From positions 17,099,807 to 17,163,806 of the forward strand of contig NC_134031.1 of NCBI RefSeq assembly GCF_964204645.1: DNA of 64,000 nt. The letters run 5' to 3'. Made by a program: the position numbers and the translations under genes. Shown here piece by piece: positions 1-13,400 of the stretch (positions are counted from its first letter, which is position 1; every line of letters begins with the position of its first letter). This DNA comes from Tubulanus polymorphus. Its lineage: Eukaryota; Animalia; Nemertea. A model generated the notes under the pieces. That model saw only the letters and a program-made list of their open reading frames with translations, did not search any database and had not been told where the DNA came from.

Positions 1-520
1 GGATTTTGGGGTGGTTCTTAGGTTTCCCATGGCCCACCCGTATGAACCTTTCTCCGAAGTGAGTCTATCTAAACTCACGTAGAAAACAGTTTTTCTTCTT
101 TTTCTGGCATTCATGCATTGACGACTCGGCCCGGGCATTCTGTTTTCGGTCCTGGTCATCATTCTCCGCCCTTATCACAACTATATCGCTAAGAATCAAA
201 GACCAGGCGTGTACTTAGAGAGTGGAGAGTAATGGGTGAAGGCTCTGACCCATAGGGTTCAGTCCAACTTTCCGGACCGGGCGCTTTGTCCGGTTCGGGC
301 GTTAAAACTGCCACAATTCGGAGAGATGGAGATCGGATCGTTGAAGGAGGAATCCTTGAAGGATGTCTCGAGGGGATCAGGTCATCAGGTGTGTTCGGTC
401 GCGACTTCGTGGGCAGCATTTTCGGGTGCGTCCATCGAAGAGGTTTGTTGAGGAGCGTTCTGGAGTAGTCAGAATACCTTCGCTTCCTTTTATTTAAAAG
501 AGCTATCGGTGGTGGGCCCG
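1..520 (+). mobile_element. Decayed DIRS-type (tyrosine recombinase) retrotransposon fragment
   Basis: From position 2 the frame reads DFGVVLRFPMAHPYEPFSEVSLSKLT*KTVFLLFLA. ORF 236-451 and its continuation read ...LCPVRAL...GHQVCSVATSWAAFSGASIEEVC*GAFWSSQNTFASFYLKE. These follow DIRS recombinase motifs (W-D-L-x-x-V-L, PFEP, LTxKTxFLLALA, LCPVRAL, H-x-x-R region, W-x-S-x-x-T-F-x-x-F-Y), with stops and deletions. Confidence 0.8.
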
Positions 521-987
521 GCTCTCATTGCTCAGAGTGTGTGAGTTTTTATTTCGGGGTCAGCTCATTCCGATTTGCATTCCGTTCCTCCGTCGGATCC
601 GCTTGATCCGGATCAAAACGCTTGATGTTTGTTTTGTTTTCATTTTGGAACTTTGCAGCCTGTTGTACGGCAGCTGAGGCCCGGGGACTCTAGCCGGGTA
701 TTCGGTGGGGAGTGACACATTTTTGGGAGCCTTACTTACATTTTTGGGAGTGTTGTGGCTTATCCTTCTAAACTGTGCCCCACGTAACGCATCCTGAAGG
801 AAATAAAAAACATAATTTTCGGGAGTAAAATTTTATTTTATGACCACCCAGTTCTACGCATGAATATTCAATCACTTATCAAGGGTGTCATGATTTTCAT
901 ATATTCATATTTCCAAGGTACACCTTTCTTATTTCTTGAAAACAATTCCCGAGTTTTCTCTCTTTATTCTAGGACGAGTGGCAACCA

Positions 988-1697
988 CCATCTGACCATC
1001 ACAGGGGCATCGGATCAATACGCCCATCTGACCATCACAGGGGCATCGGATCAATACGCCCATCTGACCATCACAGGGCATCGGATCAATACGCCCATCT
1101 GACCATCCCAGGGCATCGGATCAATACGCCCATCTGACCATCCCAGGGCATCGGATCAATACGCCCATCTGACCATCACAGGGCATCGGATCAATACGCC
1201 CATCTGACCATCACAGGGCATCGGATCAATACGCCCATCTGACCATCACAGGGCATCGGATCAATACGCCCATCTGACCATCCCAGGGCATCGGATCAAT
1301 ACGCCCATCTGACCATCACAGGGCATCGGATCAATACGCCCATCTGACCATCACAGGGCATCGGATCAATACGCCCATCTGACCATCACAGGGCCTCGGG
1401 TCAATATACCCATCTGACAGGAACAGGAACCTATGGAGATATGACCATCACAGGGCCTCGGATCAATACGCCCATCTGACCATCACAGGGCCTCGGGTCA
1501 ATATACCCATCTGACAGGAACAGGAACCTATGGAGATATGACCATCACAGGGCCTCGGATCAATATACCCATCTGACCATCACAGGGCATCGGATCAATA
1601 CGCCCATCTGACCATCACAGGGCATCGGATCAATACGCCCATCTGACCATCCCAGGGCCTCGGGTCAATATACCCATCTGACAGGAACAGGAACCTA
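988..1697. repeat. Minisatellite, ~35-bp unit CCATCTGACCATCACAGGGCATCGGATCAATACGC
   Basis: Directly visible tandem units. The first two are 36 bp. The distal part has variant units with GGAACAGGAACCTA blocks. Confidence 0.97.
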
Positions 1698-1771
1698 CTA
1701 CATGGAGTTTGAAATGCTGCCGCTTATTCAGAGATCAGCTATAATTACCGAATATCAATGATTTCTGTCTA

Positions 1772-1880
1772 GTTTTACCGGCCGATATGTGTTAGCTTCA
1801 GATTACTGTTGTTCTGTTTGTGTTGATGGTTTTACCGGCCGGTATGTGTTAGCTACAGATTACTGTTGTTCTGTTTGTGA
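1772..1880. repeat. Two-copy ~57-bp direct repeat
   Basis: GTTTTACCGGCCGRTATGTGTTAGCTWCAGATTACTGTTGTTCTGTTTGTG starts at 1772 and again at 1829. Confidence 0.85.
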
Positions 1881-2766
1881 TGGTATATCGCATACCCATA
1901 AGAACATGACTTAGAAACATAATGCGATTCGTCTCATGAAGCTGTAATGTCAGTTTTTCTAGTAACAAAGCCTCCGTAGGGATTAAAACCCACTGTGTAC
2001 AAATATATATTATCTATCAAGAATCATTATCAAAATAAGTAAATGAAGGAATAACTAGAACAAAACGCACAAAATAACAAAACTTCTAAACCTTAGCACA
2101 AAATAACCAACTCTTTCTCTAGACTTTCTCAATTAACTTGTTCTTCCATCTATATTTTCTCAGTGTTCTAGTTATTTCTTCGACGCCTGATGATGATCTC
2201 TAAAGACTCCAAAACGTCGTGTATTTTGATTTTTAATTCTTTTGATTTAAAGTGGGTTTTAATCTTATTTAATTTCTAATGAAAATCGAAATTGAAAATC
2301 GATTATCCGCTTTCTGAGATTGATCAAGAGCAAAAAGATACTCGAGTTTGTATTTTGAACCCCAGAATCTATGTATGAATGTATAAACTTGTATAATATT
2401 GTATGGACCTATTTTTATTTTATATGACGATTCAAGAACCACTGTTCTGGTATAATATATTGTAAATTGACTTATTTTGTATGATGTGTCCCACAAGTCC
2501 CACAATAAAAAAGCAAAAAGTTGAAATAATTTCAACTGAGGATTTTCTATTATGGGACTTAGACATTGCATTGTTGTATTGTTTTATTTGAAATAAACAT
2601 CTATTTTCTGTGTTGTTTTAGTTATGATTACAGACGCCAGCAGTTTCTCAGACTCTGCTGCATCACATCCCACCCATTCAGTTTCACACGCACATTCAAC
2701 GTGTCTTCTATTGAAGAAAAAAGTTGAAATTTGATTAATCACATGTTTGTGAAACGGATTCAGGTA

Positions 2767-2883
2767 CAGTTGCACAGCCCTGACTTAAGAATTGTCTTAA
2801 GATATATTAAGATATATTTAAGATTGGTTATGGAACCAAGGCCTAGTCTTAGGCTGGTCTTAACCTTATAACGCATGCAACTG
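2767..2883. mobile_element. Short MITE-like foldback element
   Basis: Ends are CAGTTGCA (2767) and TGCAACTG (2883), with internal CTTAAG/TTAAGA palindromic motifs. No target duplication was resolved. Confidence 0.45.
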
Positions 2884-3024
2884 GTCCCCAGGGATTAAAT
2901 ACTGTTTGCTAAGTCTATGAAACTGCAGCATCTGAAACTGATTGAAACCCTCGCATTATAACCAAATCCTCCCCAGGGTACGGTGCACAAATGATTGACT
3001 TTTAAAAAACTCTCCCCGAACCCC

Positions 3025-3665
3025 TTCTTGCCCTGGTATGCGAGGGTTTTAATGATTCTTACCCTGGTATGCGAGGGTTTTATTGATTCTAGCCCGGGTA
3101 TTCGAGGGTTTCATTGATTCTAGCCCTGGTATGCGAGGGTTTTATTGATTCTATCCCTGGTATGCGAGGGTTTATTGATTCTTGCCCTGGTATGCGAGGG
3201 TTTTATTGATTCTTGCCCTGGTATGCGAGGGTTTTATTGATTCTTACCCTGGTATGCGAGGGTTTTATTGATTCTTACCCTGGTATGCGAGGGTTTTATT
3301 GATTCTTACCCTGGTATGCGATGGTTTCATCTAGCCCTGGTATGCGAGGGTTTCAATGATTCTAGCCCTGGTATGCGAGGGTTTTATTGATTCTTACCCT
3401 GGTATGCGAGGGTTTTATTGATTCTTACCCTGGTATGCGATGGTTTTATCTAGCCCTGGTATGCGATGGTTTTATTGATTCTAGCCCTGGTATGCGATGG
3501 TTTTATCTAGCCCTGGTATGCGATGGTTTTATTGATTCGAGCCCTGGTATGCGAGGATTTTATTGATTCGAGCCCTGGTATGCGAGGATTTTATTGATTC
3601 TAGCCCTGGTATGCGAGGGTTTTATTGATTCTAGCCCTGGTATGCGAGGGTTTTAATGATTCTTA
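3025..3665. repeat. Minisatellite, ~31-bp unit CCCTGGTATGCGAGGGTTTTATTGATTCT(T/A)(A/G), about 20 copies
   Basis: Directly visible. A few units are shortened (…GGTTTTATCTAG). Confidence 0.97.
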
Positions 3666-4458
3666 TCTTGATGGCGATTTTATCTTTAATTGATTAAAAA
3701 AGTAATCTGATTAAATGAAAAGTAATCTATTCTCAATTTATTCATTCAGGCCGATGAGGTTAAGGCCTACCGATCGCTCAGGAGCTGTCGCTTTGCGTGA
3801 GTTAAGGATCATATCGACGACTGAATAATGGAGATAAATATATTAAAATTTCACGTCATAGAAAATATTTGAACGAGACCATTGAAGAAGAGCCTATTTT
3901 ATTTCGCGGTAAAAAGTGTTTTCTTGTAATGGAACTGCCCCTGACACGTAAGGGGAGTATTATAGAAAGCATGCCAGTAGCTAATTTGTACTGACTGGTC
4001 TACCCCCGATAATTGACTATAGACTTTTTCATAATTTCAATTGACTGAAATGCAAAATACATTCATCAATATACTTCACATTGAAATGCATAATAAATAC
4101 ATTAATATGCTTCAAATCAAAATTCATAATACATCTGATGAATATTCACGAATTAAAAAGATTAATCGCCGGATTGTTTCATTAGAAGTCAAAGTGTGGT
4201 GTGGTTTTGCCAAGGTTTTTTAGGATCCGTTCTCAGAGATCTCTCACGAGGCAAAGTGGTGACAAAGAATGGGCGCCGTCCAAATTTCCTTATTTTCTCT
4301 AATTTCCAAATCGTAATTTTCTCACATGTTCAATCGCGCGTAGTTGGTTAATGCGGCCCGCATGTCAATCCACAAACGAGTCCAGAGCTGATATCCGTCT
4401 ATTCGCACATAATGAAATGTTCCGCGACTGTTACTGTTTTCGTGTCCACAGTCTAAAC

Positions 4459-7400
4459 ATGGCGGACGTTGCTCGAGAGGAGAAACTGGCCGCTGCCCGA
4501 AAAAAGGTTCAATATACATTGATATAGCTCTATCTTCTATCGAAGACAGTTATTTCACCTGAAAGAAAACAATATTCCGCTTATGAAAATACTTCCTTGT
4601 CGGAAACCATACAAATACTGTTCACCCTACATTAATTCGAAGTGTCAATATGTCAAATCAAGATGAAACTTAACCCTTTCGGCTTCTTCGTAATCATACG
4701 TTATATGTTGATAACCTTTTACGGTTGCCCTCTCCGGTATTTTGACGCGAGGGGACTCCCTCCTATTTAAGACTTTTCCCCTGCCTCAGTATATTAATCG
4801 CTGTGGCTACTCGTACGGGACTAGGATCTGTACGCTAATAACTGTCGCTGATTGGCCGATTAACGGCGCGCATGCGTACAGAGGTGCACGACTTAGAAAA
4901 TTCAAGGAAAGTTTGGAGAATAGAATTAGAGAAAAATAGCCGATAGAGCGAGACTCGAACCCGGGCCAGTAAATTACTAGCGCAGCATCATACCACTAGA
5001 CCACCGAGCTCGCTGACAGTCGGTCGAATGTTTTAACTACATATAGCCTCACCTTACCCTATCCCTTCCCGTACACATAATTCCAGAGTTATCCGACGGG
5101 TGCATACGAATAGCCTACGGAATTATTCGTTCGGGTCCGTACGAGTAGCCACTTCGAATATTAATAGTATAGTAATAGTACGAGTCGGTATAAACAAATG
5201 TCGCATGCCCGAACGGTTGTAACGAATATACTGGAACCCTTCTGCCGATAAGTTCCCTCCCTTCTTCATCATGTTGAAAATTCTCTGAATTTTACATATT
5301 CCATTCATTATGAGATCAGTGAGTCTCTAAACACTGACATGTCCTGACCCACTACTAGCTTGGTTTCGCGGGCATACGAACGCACCACGTCGTATTTTGA
5401 ATCTAAAGTAAATGGGGTCTAACTGCAGTTTGGGTCACCTTTCCACTGTGTGGCGCTAGTGTTATTAAAGAATAGTGTTATGGTAAGGTTAGGTACTTAA
5501 CCATTAGGGACACCTAAACTGTAGTCATACCGTAAATGGAAAAACTCCAAGCCACACTGACAGGACAAAACTGCATTCACTCCAAAAACTTTTCGATTAA
5601 ATGTACTTTGAGTGTACTCAGCCTTGGCACTGTCTTTCTATACTTCCGTTTCTCTTTCTAGCTCAAGCGATTTCGTAAAACTAAATCCGGTCAAAAACCT
5701 GCTGAAGACACGCCTCCTAAATCCCACAAGAAACGATCGGATACTGTTATTGAAAATGATATCAAAGACGTAAGATTAGTAGAGTAGGCTACACTTCATA
5801 AATCCCAATGCAGGCGACGCGGGGATAAGGCGCAAACAGGAGACGGAAACATGTTTCCGAGCGTTACCGAGAAACACAGTTTTGGGCATTACGTTTCTGA
5901 GACCAAACATTTGTTTCCGTGTTTCTGTGATTCCCTGCGTCGTCGCGTGCATTGGGCTTAAATCATACCTGAGATAAGCTGAGCTTTGTCTTAATCTTAA
6001 TGAATGTACAACTGGATTCTTACCGTTGTCTTACCTTCTTTCCATCCTCTACGTCTCGTGGTTTCTATGTAAAACATGTCTTTCTGTTAACTATAAATTC
6101 TAACTTCGTACGAAAGATTTGTCGACTTTCTATATCGATCAGTCATCATTCGATCCCAGGTCATTCTTCTCCGCTCGATTTATTCGATTTCAGTCCTAGT
6201 TTATTACTTATTACTCATTTTCAGATTGTCGTTGAAAATCACCTCGATGTGAATCATATTAGCGATGAAGTCGAAGAAAAAAATAAACTAAACAGGTAGG
6301 GTCTAGTCCGTTGGCCATCCAGAAAAGATTACCAACAGAAAAGGGTACTTATTCAAAAAGAAAATGGCACCGAAAACTAAGCATGCTCTATTAATCTCCA
6401 AACCTTTATTGACACAGCTGAACTTTCTGGGATATACGTTATTTCCGATGAATGGCACAACAAAAGTGGGTGGGAAACAATTCGGGATTGATTTTGAAAA
6501 AGCATTCAGACACGCCCCTTGACCCAGGTCCACAGTTGTGAGTTAGATAAATTTTGACTAGCATAGCCTATTGCTGTTAAAACATTTTCCTTTGATTTGT
6601 TTGACCCTAGTGTCTCAAACTTAACTGTGTTACTCAGGTCCTGGTTTGTATCTATGACTATGCCCGTGGGCAAGTTTGGTCTATTTTGAGGTAATTTTAA
6701 TCCATCTTTGTTTTCAGGGTAGAAACTACTGATGATGTATTTGAGTCGGGGGTTCTACAGCCGAACAACAGTGTATCTCCGCATCGTCACGTTGGTAGTT
6801 TACCCGTGAATGGAAACTCTGCAAACCACTCAGCTGATACTGAACTAAAAAACCGAAACGATTCGAATCCGAAGTCAAACGGAGGAACTTTAGTAGAATT
6901 AGACTCTAATGTTAGCAATTGTGATAAATCGGTCAATAACTCGCACATTTCCACTGCTGCTGCTGCTAAAACTCCTCCTAATTCACCGCATTCTGCAGCG
7001 GCTAGAGTAACATCTCCCTTTCAAAATCTAGGAAGGTAAGCTCGTGGAAAAAATGTTTCATTTGTAGAAGAACTAGCAGTTGTAGTTCGGATCTAGGCCC
7101 TATGACGAGTGAAATATATACCAGTAATTTTTGGTTGATACTGGTCAGAGTTGCACTAACTAGTACTGATATACAATTTTTCAGGACTACGCCATCTATT
7201 GAGGGAATGCAGCAACTTTCGCGTCAGATAAACGGCTTGTTATCTCAATCATCGTCGTATCTGAACGGCGGCGACGACGTCGAACCGGATCTGGATAATT
7301 CCCTCGCCGAACTCGAGGTAAGTTTGTCCGTCATATTTATGTCATGGCAATTTATGACTGAAGAAGCCGGTGCTATGCTAGTAAAACTAACTTATCCTGA

Positions 7401-10400
7401 CATAAACCTGACATAAATCTTTTTCTACTTTCTATAAACGCAGTTGGTAAATGTGAGTTTTTACTTAAAATCTGTAAATGGTTTAAGCTTTTTGGTCGAA
7501 GGTGAACTATTGATATGATCTTGAAATTCTCATTCATGGATGTTTATTTATGTTTCGTTTCTGTTGCAAGCCCCTCGTACAGTCTGTTTGTCCATGTGTC
7601 TTTCAGCTTTTTAATAGTCGGTTGATCTTGTTGAAACTTGGGCACAATGTTAGTATGGGGGTCTAGTTTTTTATTGCAAAGAATGGGCCGAGTGCATCAC
7701 CTAACGACAGAAGTAGGCACTAAAAACTGTTTTTCGGCGACATGATCTTGAACATGACCTCGTAACTAAGGAACAGGGCTAAAATTCAAAAAGTTTTCTT
7801 GACAAAATTTAGCTACTGGCCCTAGATACAATATATCCAAATTGTAATGGGGACCAATTCATGGTAATTTCGGAGTTCAAGCCTGAGCCAAAGATCTGTT
7901 GTCGCTTACAGCTAGTCATTCCTGTTTTTTCCAGACCAGAAACAAAGATTTAGCGGCTCAACTAGAAAAACATAACCAAACCAATCATCAGTTATCGTTT
8001 AGTTGCGAAGAACTGGTAAGAAACTGATTCTGAATTTACAGATGTTCATTCATGTTGTTCTATGAAATACGTATATGTACTTGAATTGAATTGCCATTTT
8101 GTAGAAAGGACAGAATGTTAAATTACAAGAGCAGATGATGAAAGAACGTCAACGCTTCGAGGAACAGTTACGAAAAGAGATTGGAGCTTTGAAAGAACAG
8201 TTGCAGGTAAGATTTTCTGATTCTAATTGCTGAGTTTTAAACTTCGGTCAGGGATTTAATATTATCGTAACAACATGGACAGAATATTTCACTAATGATT
8301 ATGGTGACATTACCAATCAAATCGACATATTTATTGATACCAGTTTTAAGACCATTTTCACCCTGTAATAGAATCGTCAAATTGCTAAGAATCATAATTT
8401 AAATGTTGTCTATTTGCGAAAAGTACTGAAAATGTTAACCTGTTTGTCTAGGTCCATATCCAGACGATTGGTATACTAGTAGCTGAGAAATCAGAACTAC
8501 AATCTTCATTATCTCAATCACAGAAATCTGCTCAACAGAGACTCGGTAAGGGATGGCTGTTAGGATTAGATTATGTATGTAGAAAGTGTTGACGTTCTTG
8601 AGTACATAAGAGATTCGAGTAAAATGTGGTTAGGCCGTATTAACTATTGTAGTTCCCACATTACTGGGAAATCGGAAAAACAAAGATTGTATTTTGCATA
8701 TGATAGATTTTCCTCTGATCTTGGAAGTGTTTGGAAAATTCCTTTTACGCTTCATGTTGCATAGTTCTGGGATATCGCTTGCTTGCCCGAGGACAACTTT
8801 CTTCAGCAATTTTTCTTTGAAAAATGACCAATGGAAGCCTGTAGAATTTTGAATTCATGTTGAACTAGGAACTATGTATCGTATATATCATGAGATGTTT
8901 TTATTTAAAATTATTGTTAAAAATTTATTTAGATGAATTGGAAGTTCTGTCTGGCCGGTTAAAAGCATCGCGACAACGTGTCGCCGATTTGGAGAAAACG
9001 TCGACCACATCAAATCAAAGCAGTAAAAAGTTTGAAAAGGTACCGACGATGATTATCCAATCAATGAGTATTTATATTTAGCGTAACAGAAGATGGATCA
9101 GTCATCAATTTATGTCTCATCTCATTAATTGTTGTTATTTATTATTACAGAATAGCAAAGAACTGTCGAAAGAAGTCGATCGCTTGAAAATAGAAATATA
9201 CAAAGTCAGGTAAGAGTGGCTTTTGCTGTCACTGTCTGTTAGTTCTAGGGTTCGTAGCGGTTAATGGAAAGTTGTGAAATTGAAAATGTCCAATTCCAGG
9301 CCTGGAGAGTCATAGAATTGACTTCAAAATCACTGAGGTTATGGAAAAAGTCTTGGAAGGAATTGAATTTCCGAATCTTGACGTGCAGTTTTTTGTAGGC
9401 CTGTACATTCTACGTGGGTTATTACGAATGATGTTTCCTGCTTTTCATTTTTTCAGCAAATCAAGTGAAGATTTACGACAACAGAATTCGGAATTACAGG
9501 AGAAATTAAACGGTAAAGTGTCGGAGTGCGCGAACTTGAACCAGACGGTGAAAGATGTGAAACACGAGCTCGGTATGAAAGACGTTCTCTTACAGCAGGT
9601 AAAGTTTCATTGCAAATAAAGACGAGGGCCCGGTCTCATCGTCCTCGCTTGCCAGGGTTTGATTGCCTTGTATCGGTAGAGCGAATTTGCTGGTGAAAGA
9701 CTGATTGGCTTAATACATAGACTGGTCGTCCCGAATGGCAAACTGTCCACCTAAGAAATCTTGGGCGGTGTAATAAACCAATGAAGGGTCTGTGGTCAGG
9801 TTTTCTATTGGCGTGAGCTTCAGCGGGAGGCAATCAAACCCTGTCAAGCAAGGATCGGTTTCGTGGACTGGGTATGAAAATAACTACTGGCTGTAAATCC
9901 TTAACCTGGGTGACAACCACCATAGATTGTAACAACTAAAATTTCTAAGTGTTTCTAGAGATTATTTTGTCCCCAAATCTCTGAAACTCAGCCCTGGCAT
10001 CGCAGAGTTTGAACGCTATAACTACTGTCTCATTGGATGATGTATTTTTTGCAGCTTTCTAATCAGACTGCGAATAGCAACGAATCGGCACAAATGGTGC
10101 AGTTATTGAACGCGGAGAAAGTCGAACTGACAAACCGCCTCGAAAACTACAATGAAGCATTCCAGAAATTAACCGCTGAACGGGACCAGATAGCTGTCCA
10201 GTATCAACAGTATATCGAACAGTTGAAACAGCGCGAGACTCAGTTACAGGAACAGGTATATTCCTTCCTTGAAAAAAAAAACCTAATGCCGGAGTTGAGA
10301 GTTTGAAAACGAAATACAGTCAAATTCGCTCAATTCAGCTGGGTTTAATCCAGATCTCGATCTAATCCGCCGCCAGGTTTAGAGACTGATGATATTAACT

Positions 10401-13400
10401 TTAACCCGGAATTGTAATTTTAGGTTGAATCTTTGATCGAAGAACGAGATCGAATGCAAAAACGACACGAAGAACTCGATGATATAATCTCACGGTTGAA
10501 CTACGAACTCGGTAATTAATTGATTACTAAACTACTACGTTAGGATATTGTATTCATATGTGTATTTCTTTTTAACCACGTAGCATTCAAGAATTTGGAA
10601 TTTGAAATTATGTATGAATATAGATATTCTGACAAGAAAATGATAATAGCAGAGATGCTAGTTTTCCGGAAATATCCGGAATTCCGGAAATTTAGGATCG
10701 CCGATGTCAATAAGACCAGGTCAAATACGGTAGTGGCTGGAATTGGAAAAAAGATATTCTTCTTCACCCGGATAGCGCGCGGCATAAGAAGGCAGCGAGG
10801 GATGTGAAGCACAACGAATGTCTGCCGTCGTATTTTCAGATGAAAGATGCCGATCGTCATACTGCATCTCCGGCGATGCAAAAACGCAAAATTTCTTCTG
10901 GGGGAGAATTTTTCAGACCCCCGTTCTAAATTCCGGAATTTTGGTACTTTGGCCCTAGCATCTCTGTAATAGGATAACTTGCTAAACGAAATAGTATTTT
11001 ATCAATAGTGAAATTCCTATGAACTTATTTGTCAGCTTTAATCTGTGCCTTGACGAATTTTCCCGCCCGATCTTCTTACAGCCAATCAGAATCCGTCCGC
11101 CGGCGAAGATCTACAGACGTTAGTTCAAGAGTTGAGCAGTCAGTTACAGAAGGTGAAACTCGACTACGAGGAATTGACCGCGAAATATCAAGCCCAAGTT
11201 CGCGATAATTCTCAGTTGAGCCGGTAAGTCAGTTAGACAAGAATAATCACTTAGCTAGAAATCAGGGAATTAAAGTCAATTAAAAGTGGTCACCCTGATG
11301 AGCTTCATGATGATTCATTAGTTTATTATCACTGACATGTACATTACGTGTGAATCATGAATAGAAATTATAGAAAAAAGGCCCAGCCCAAATTAAGACA
11401 TATAAGTCACTTAATAAATGAATAGAGTTAATGTAGATAAAATTTATACTTGAAATATTGTATTCAAAAGTGAATTTCTTTTTGACCATGCAGCGATCGA
11501 GAACATTTTGAATGTAAAAATTTGATGATCAGACAATATACTTCATGTGAATTGAAACTGTTTGTCAAGGTTAATATGTATTATATGCGTTGAACTTGGT
11601 TTTTCAAGGTTTGTCGACGAACGAGAAGTGCGAATTCAAGAACTCGAGAGCACGGTGGAGAAACTGTCGGAAAACTCGGTCGATCACAATCAGTTACTGG
11701 AGAATTTACAGAGCGATAAAATGGCTTTGAGTCGCGCGATGACGCAGAACAAAGAACTGAAAACGCAACTCGCCGAGCTTCAGAACGGTTTTGTGAAAAT
11801 GGTGAGAGATTCGTCGGTGAATACGCGGAGAGGATATCCACGCGAATTGTTCTATATTTTGTAAACGATGTTTTGAATTTTTTCGCAGAGTCACGAGAAT
11901 ATGGATTTATTAACTCAACTACAAAACGAGCAGCACGTGTCGAAGGAACTAGGAACTCGTTTGGGCCAGCAGGAAGATGAACTGAAAGAGATCAGGGAAC
12001 AGGTATGTACTTCAAAGTGTTTTCTTATTGCTGTAGGTACGTGTATATTTAAAACGATTCAACCGCAATTGAGGTATTGCGACATCGAGCTTCTCCAAAT
12101 CTCATCATAAAACCAATCAATCTAGTCCCAAATTAAGAATGAAAAATAAAAAGTTCAAAAAGTTTCCTTGAAATTTAGTTGATTCGACATTTCAACTTGC
12201 GAGAATATGTTCGAGATTAATTTAGTGATGATTTAGTTGTTCTTGAAGATAACTATTTGGATATAGTTGAATAAACTATAGCTCAAGAAAACTTTTTGGA
12301 CTCATTCTTGATAGTGTGGGGTTTTGTATCAGTTTTACAACATGGACGGTGTTTCATTAACGGTTGTCAATCAAGTCTTTGATACATTTTAGTTGAAATG
12401 ACCTTGTTGAATTTTAGTTGAAATGCCTGGATTATTTGAATGCGATTTCTACGTAGGTCGTTACGAAGGAGACGCAGTTGAGACATCTTCACGAAGAGCA
12501 GACGTTGCATAATAAACAGATGTTCCAAGCTGAACAACTCGAAGATCGAATACGACACTTCGAAGCTCAGGGACAACTCGTCGATACGCTTCAACGAGAA
12601 CTCAACTCAGCTCAGGTATTTGATTTACCATCCGAACCGCTGACTACATGAAACAAAACGTTAAGTGTAGAAAAAAACGCAATGCGAAATAAAACTAATA
12701 CTGGATTATTATGTTAATACTCAAATGCTATGAGCCAATTTCGAAACTGATTTATTATCCAAGAGTTGTAAAAATATAACAAGTTTACGATGTGATATGC
12801 GATGCCTGAAGCAGCTAGAATATAATCAGTGTGTTGTTGATTTTGGGGGAGAGACCCAAGTCGGAATTCACTTTGGAATCAGTGTTTTATGGAATGATAG
12901 CCGACTCTATGAGTCCTAGCATTTATATAGATGGGGTAGATTAATTAGTTTTACTTTGTATTATGGGTTCTTTCTTCAATCAGTCATTTGTCTATGGAAA
13001 CCAACCTGTATTTAGTGCCTTGGTTTGAAAATGTCATTCTCAATGCTTTCAGGATACTATAAATGCGCTTACCAGTCAAAATACGGAACTGAAGAATCTG
13101 CTGCGTCAAGCTAGCGAAGTTGACCAAAGTGAAAATGCCAGTGAGACTGACGCCAAACAAGCGGAAATGGTAAATACATGTAGATCTTTTCTAGGTGTTA
13201 GACGAGAAGATACACAATATCCGTGTATGATGATGACGAGAGAAATCCCACAATAACGAAGCCAAGATTGAAAAATTCTATATCAGAATGGTTATGTTTG
13301 AGGAGTGACATTTCGGCTAACAACTGTTAGCCATCATCAGGCGTACTCAAAGTACTAGGTGTATTTATGCCATTTGTTAACACTGGTCTATGCGTGTCTA

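Noticed and set aside
988-3665. Regular 31-35 bp repeats as CRISPR arrays
   Set aside because: The units are contiguous with no unique spacers, there are no cas genes, and the context is eukaryotic.
4939-5013. Functional tRNA gene on the minus strand
   Set aside because: A and B boxes are present, but the acceptor and anticodon stems do not pair. Treated as a tRNA-derived repeat segment.
7560-7925. Possible Helentron/DINE-like intronic repeat
   Set aside because: Only a vague resemblance (CTGTTTGTCC, ATCTTGTTGAAACTTGG). Termini could not be defined from this window.
10540-10881. 113-aa and 70-aa ORFs as a transposase
   Set aside because: They overlap a 317-bp MITE and intron sequence, with no catalytic motifs.
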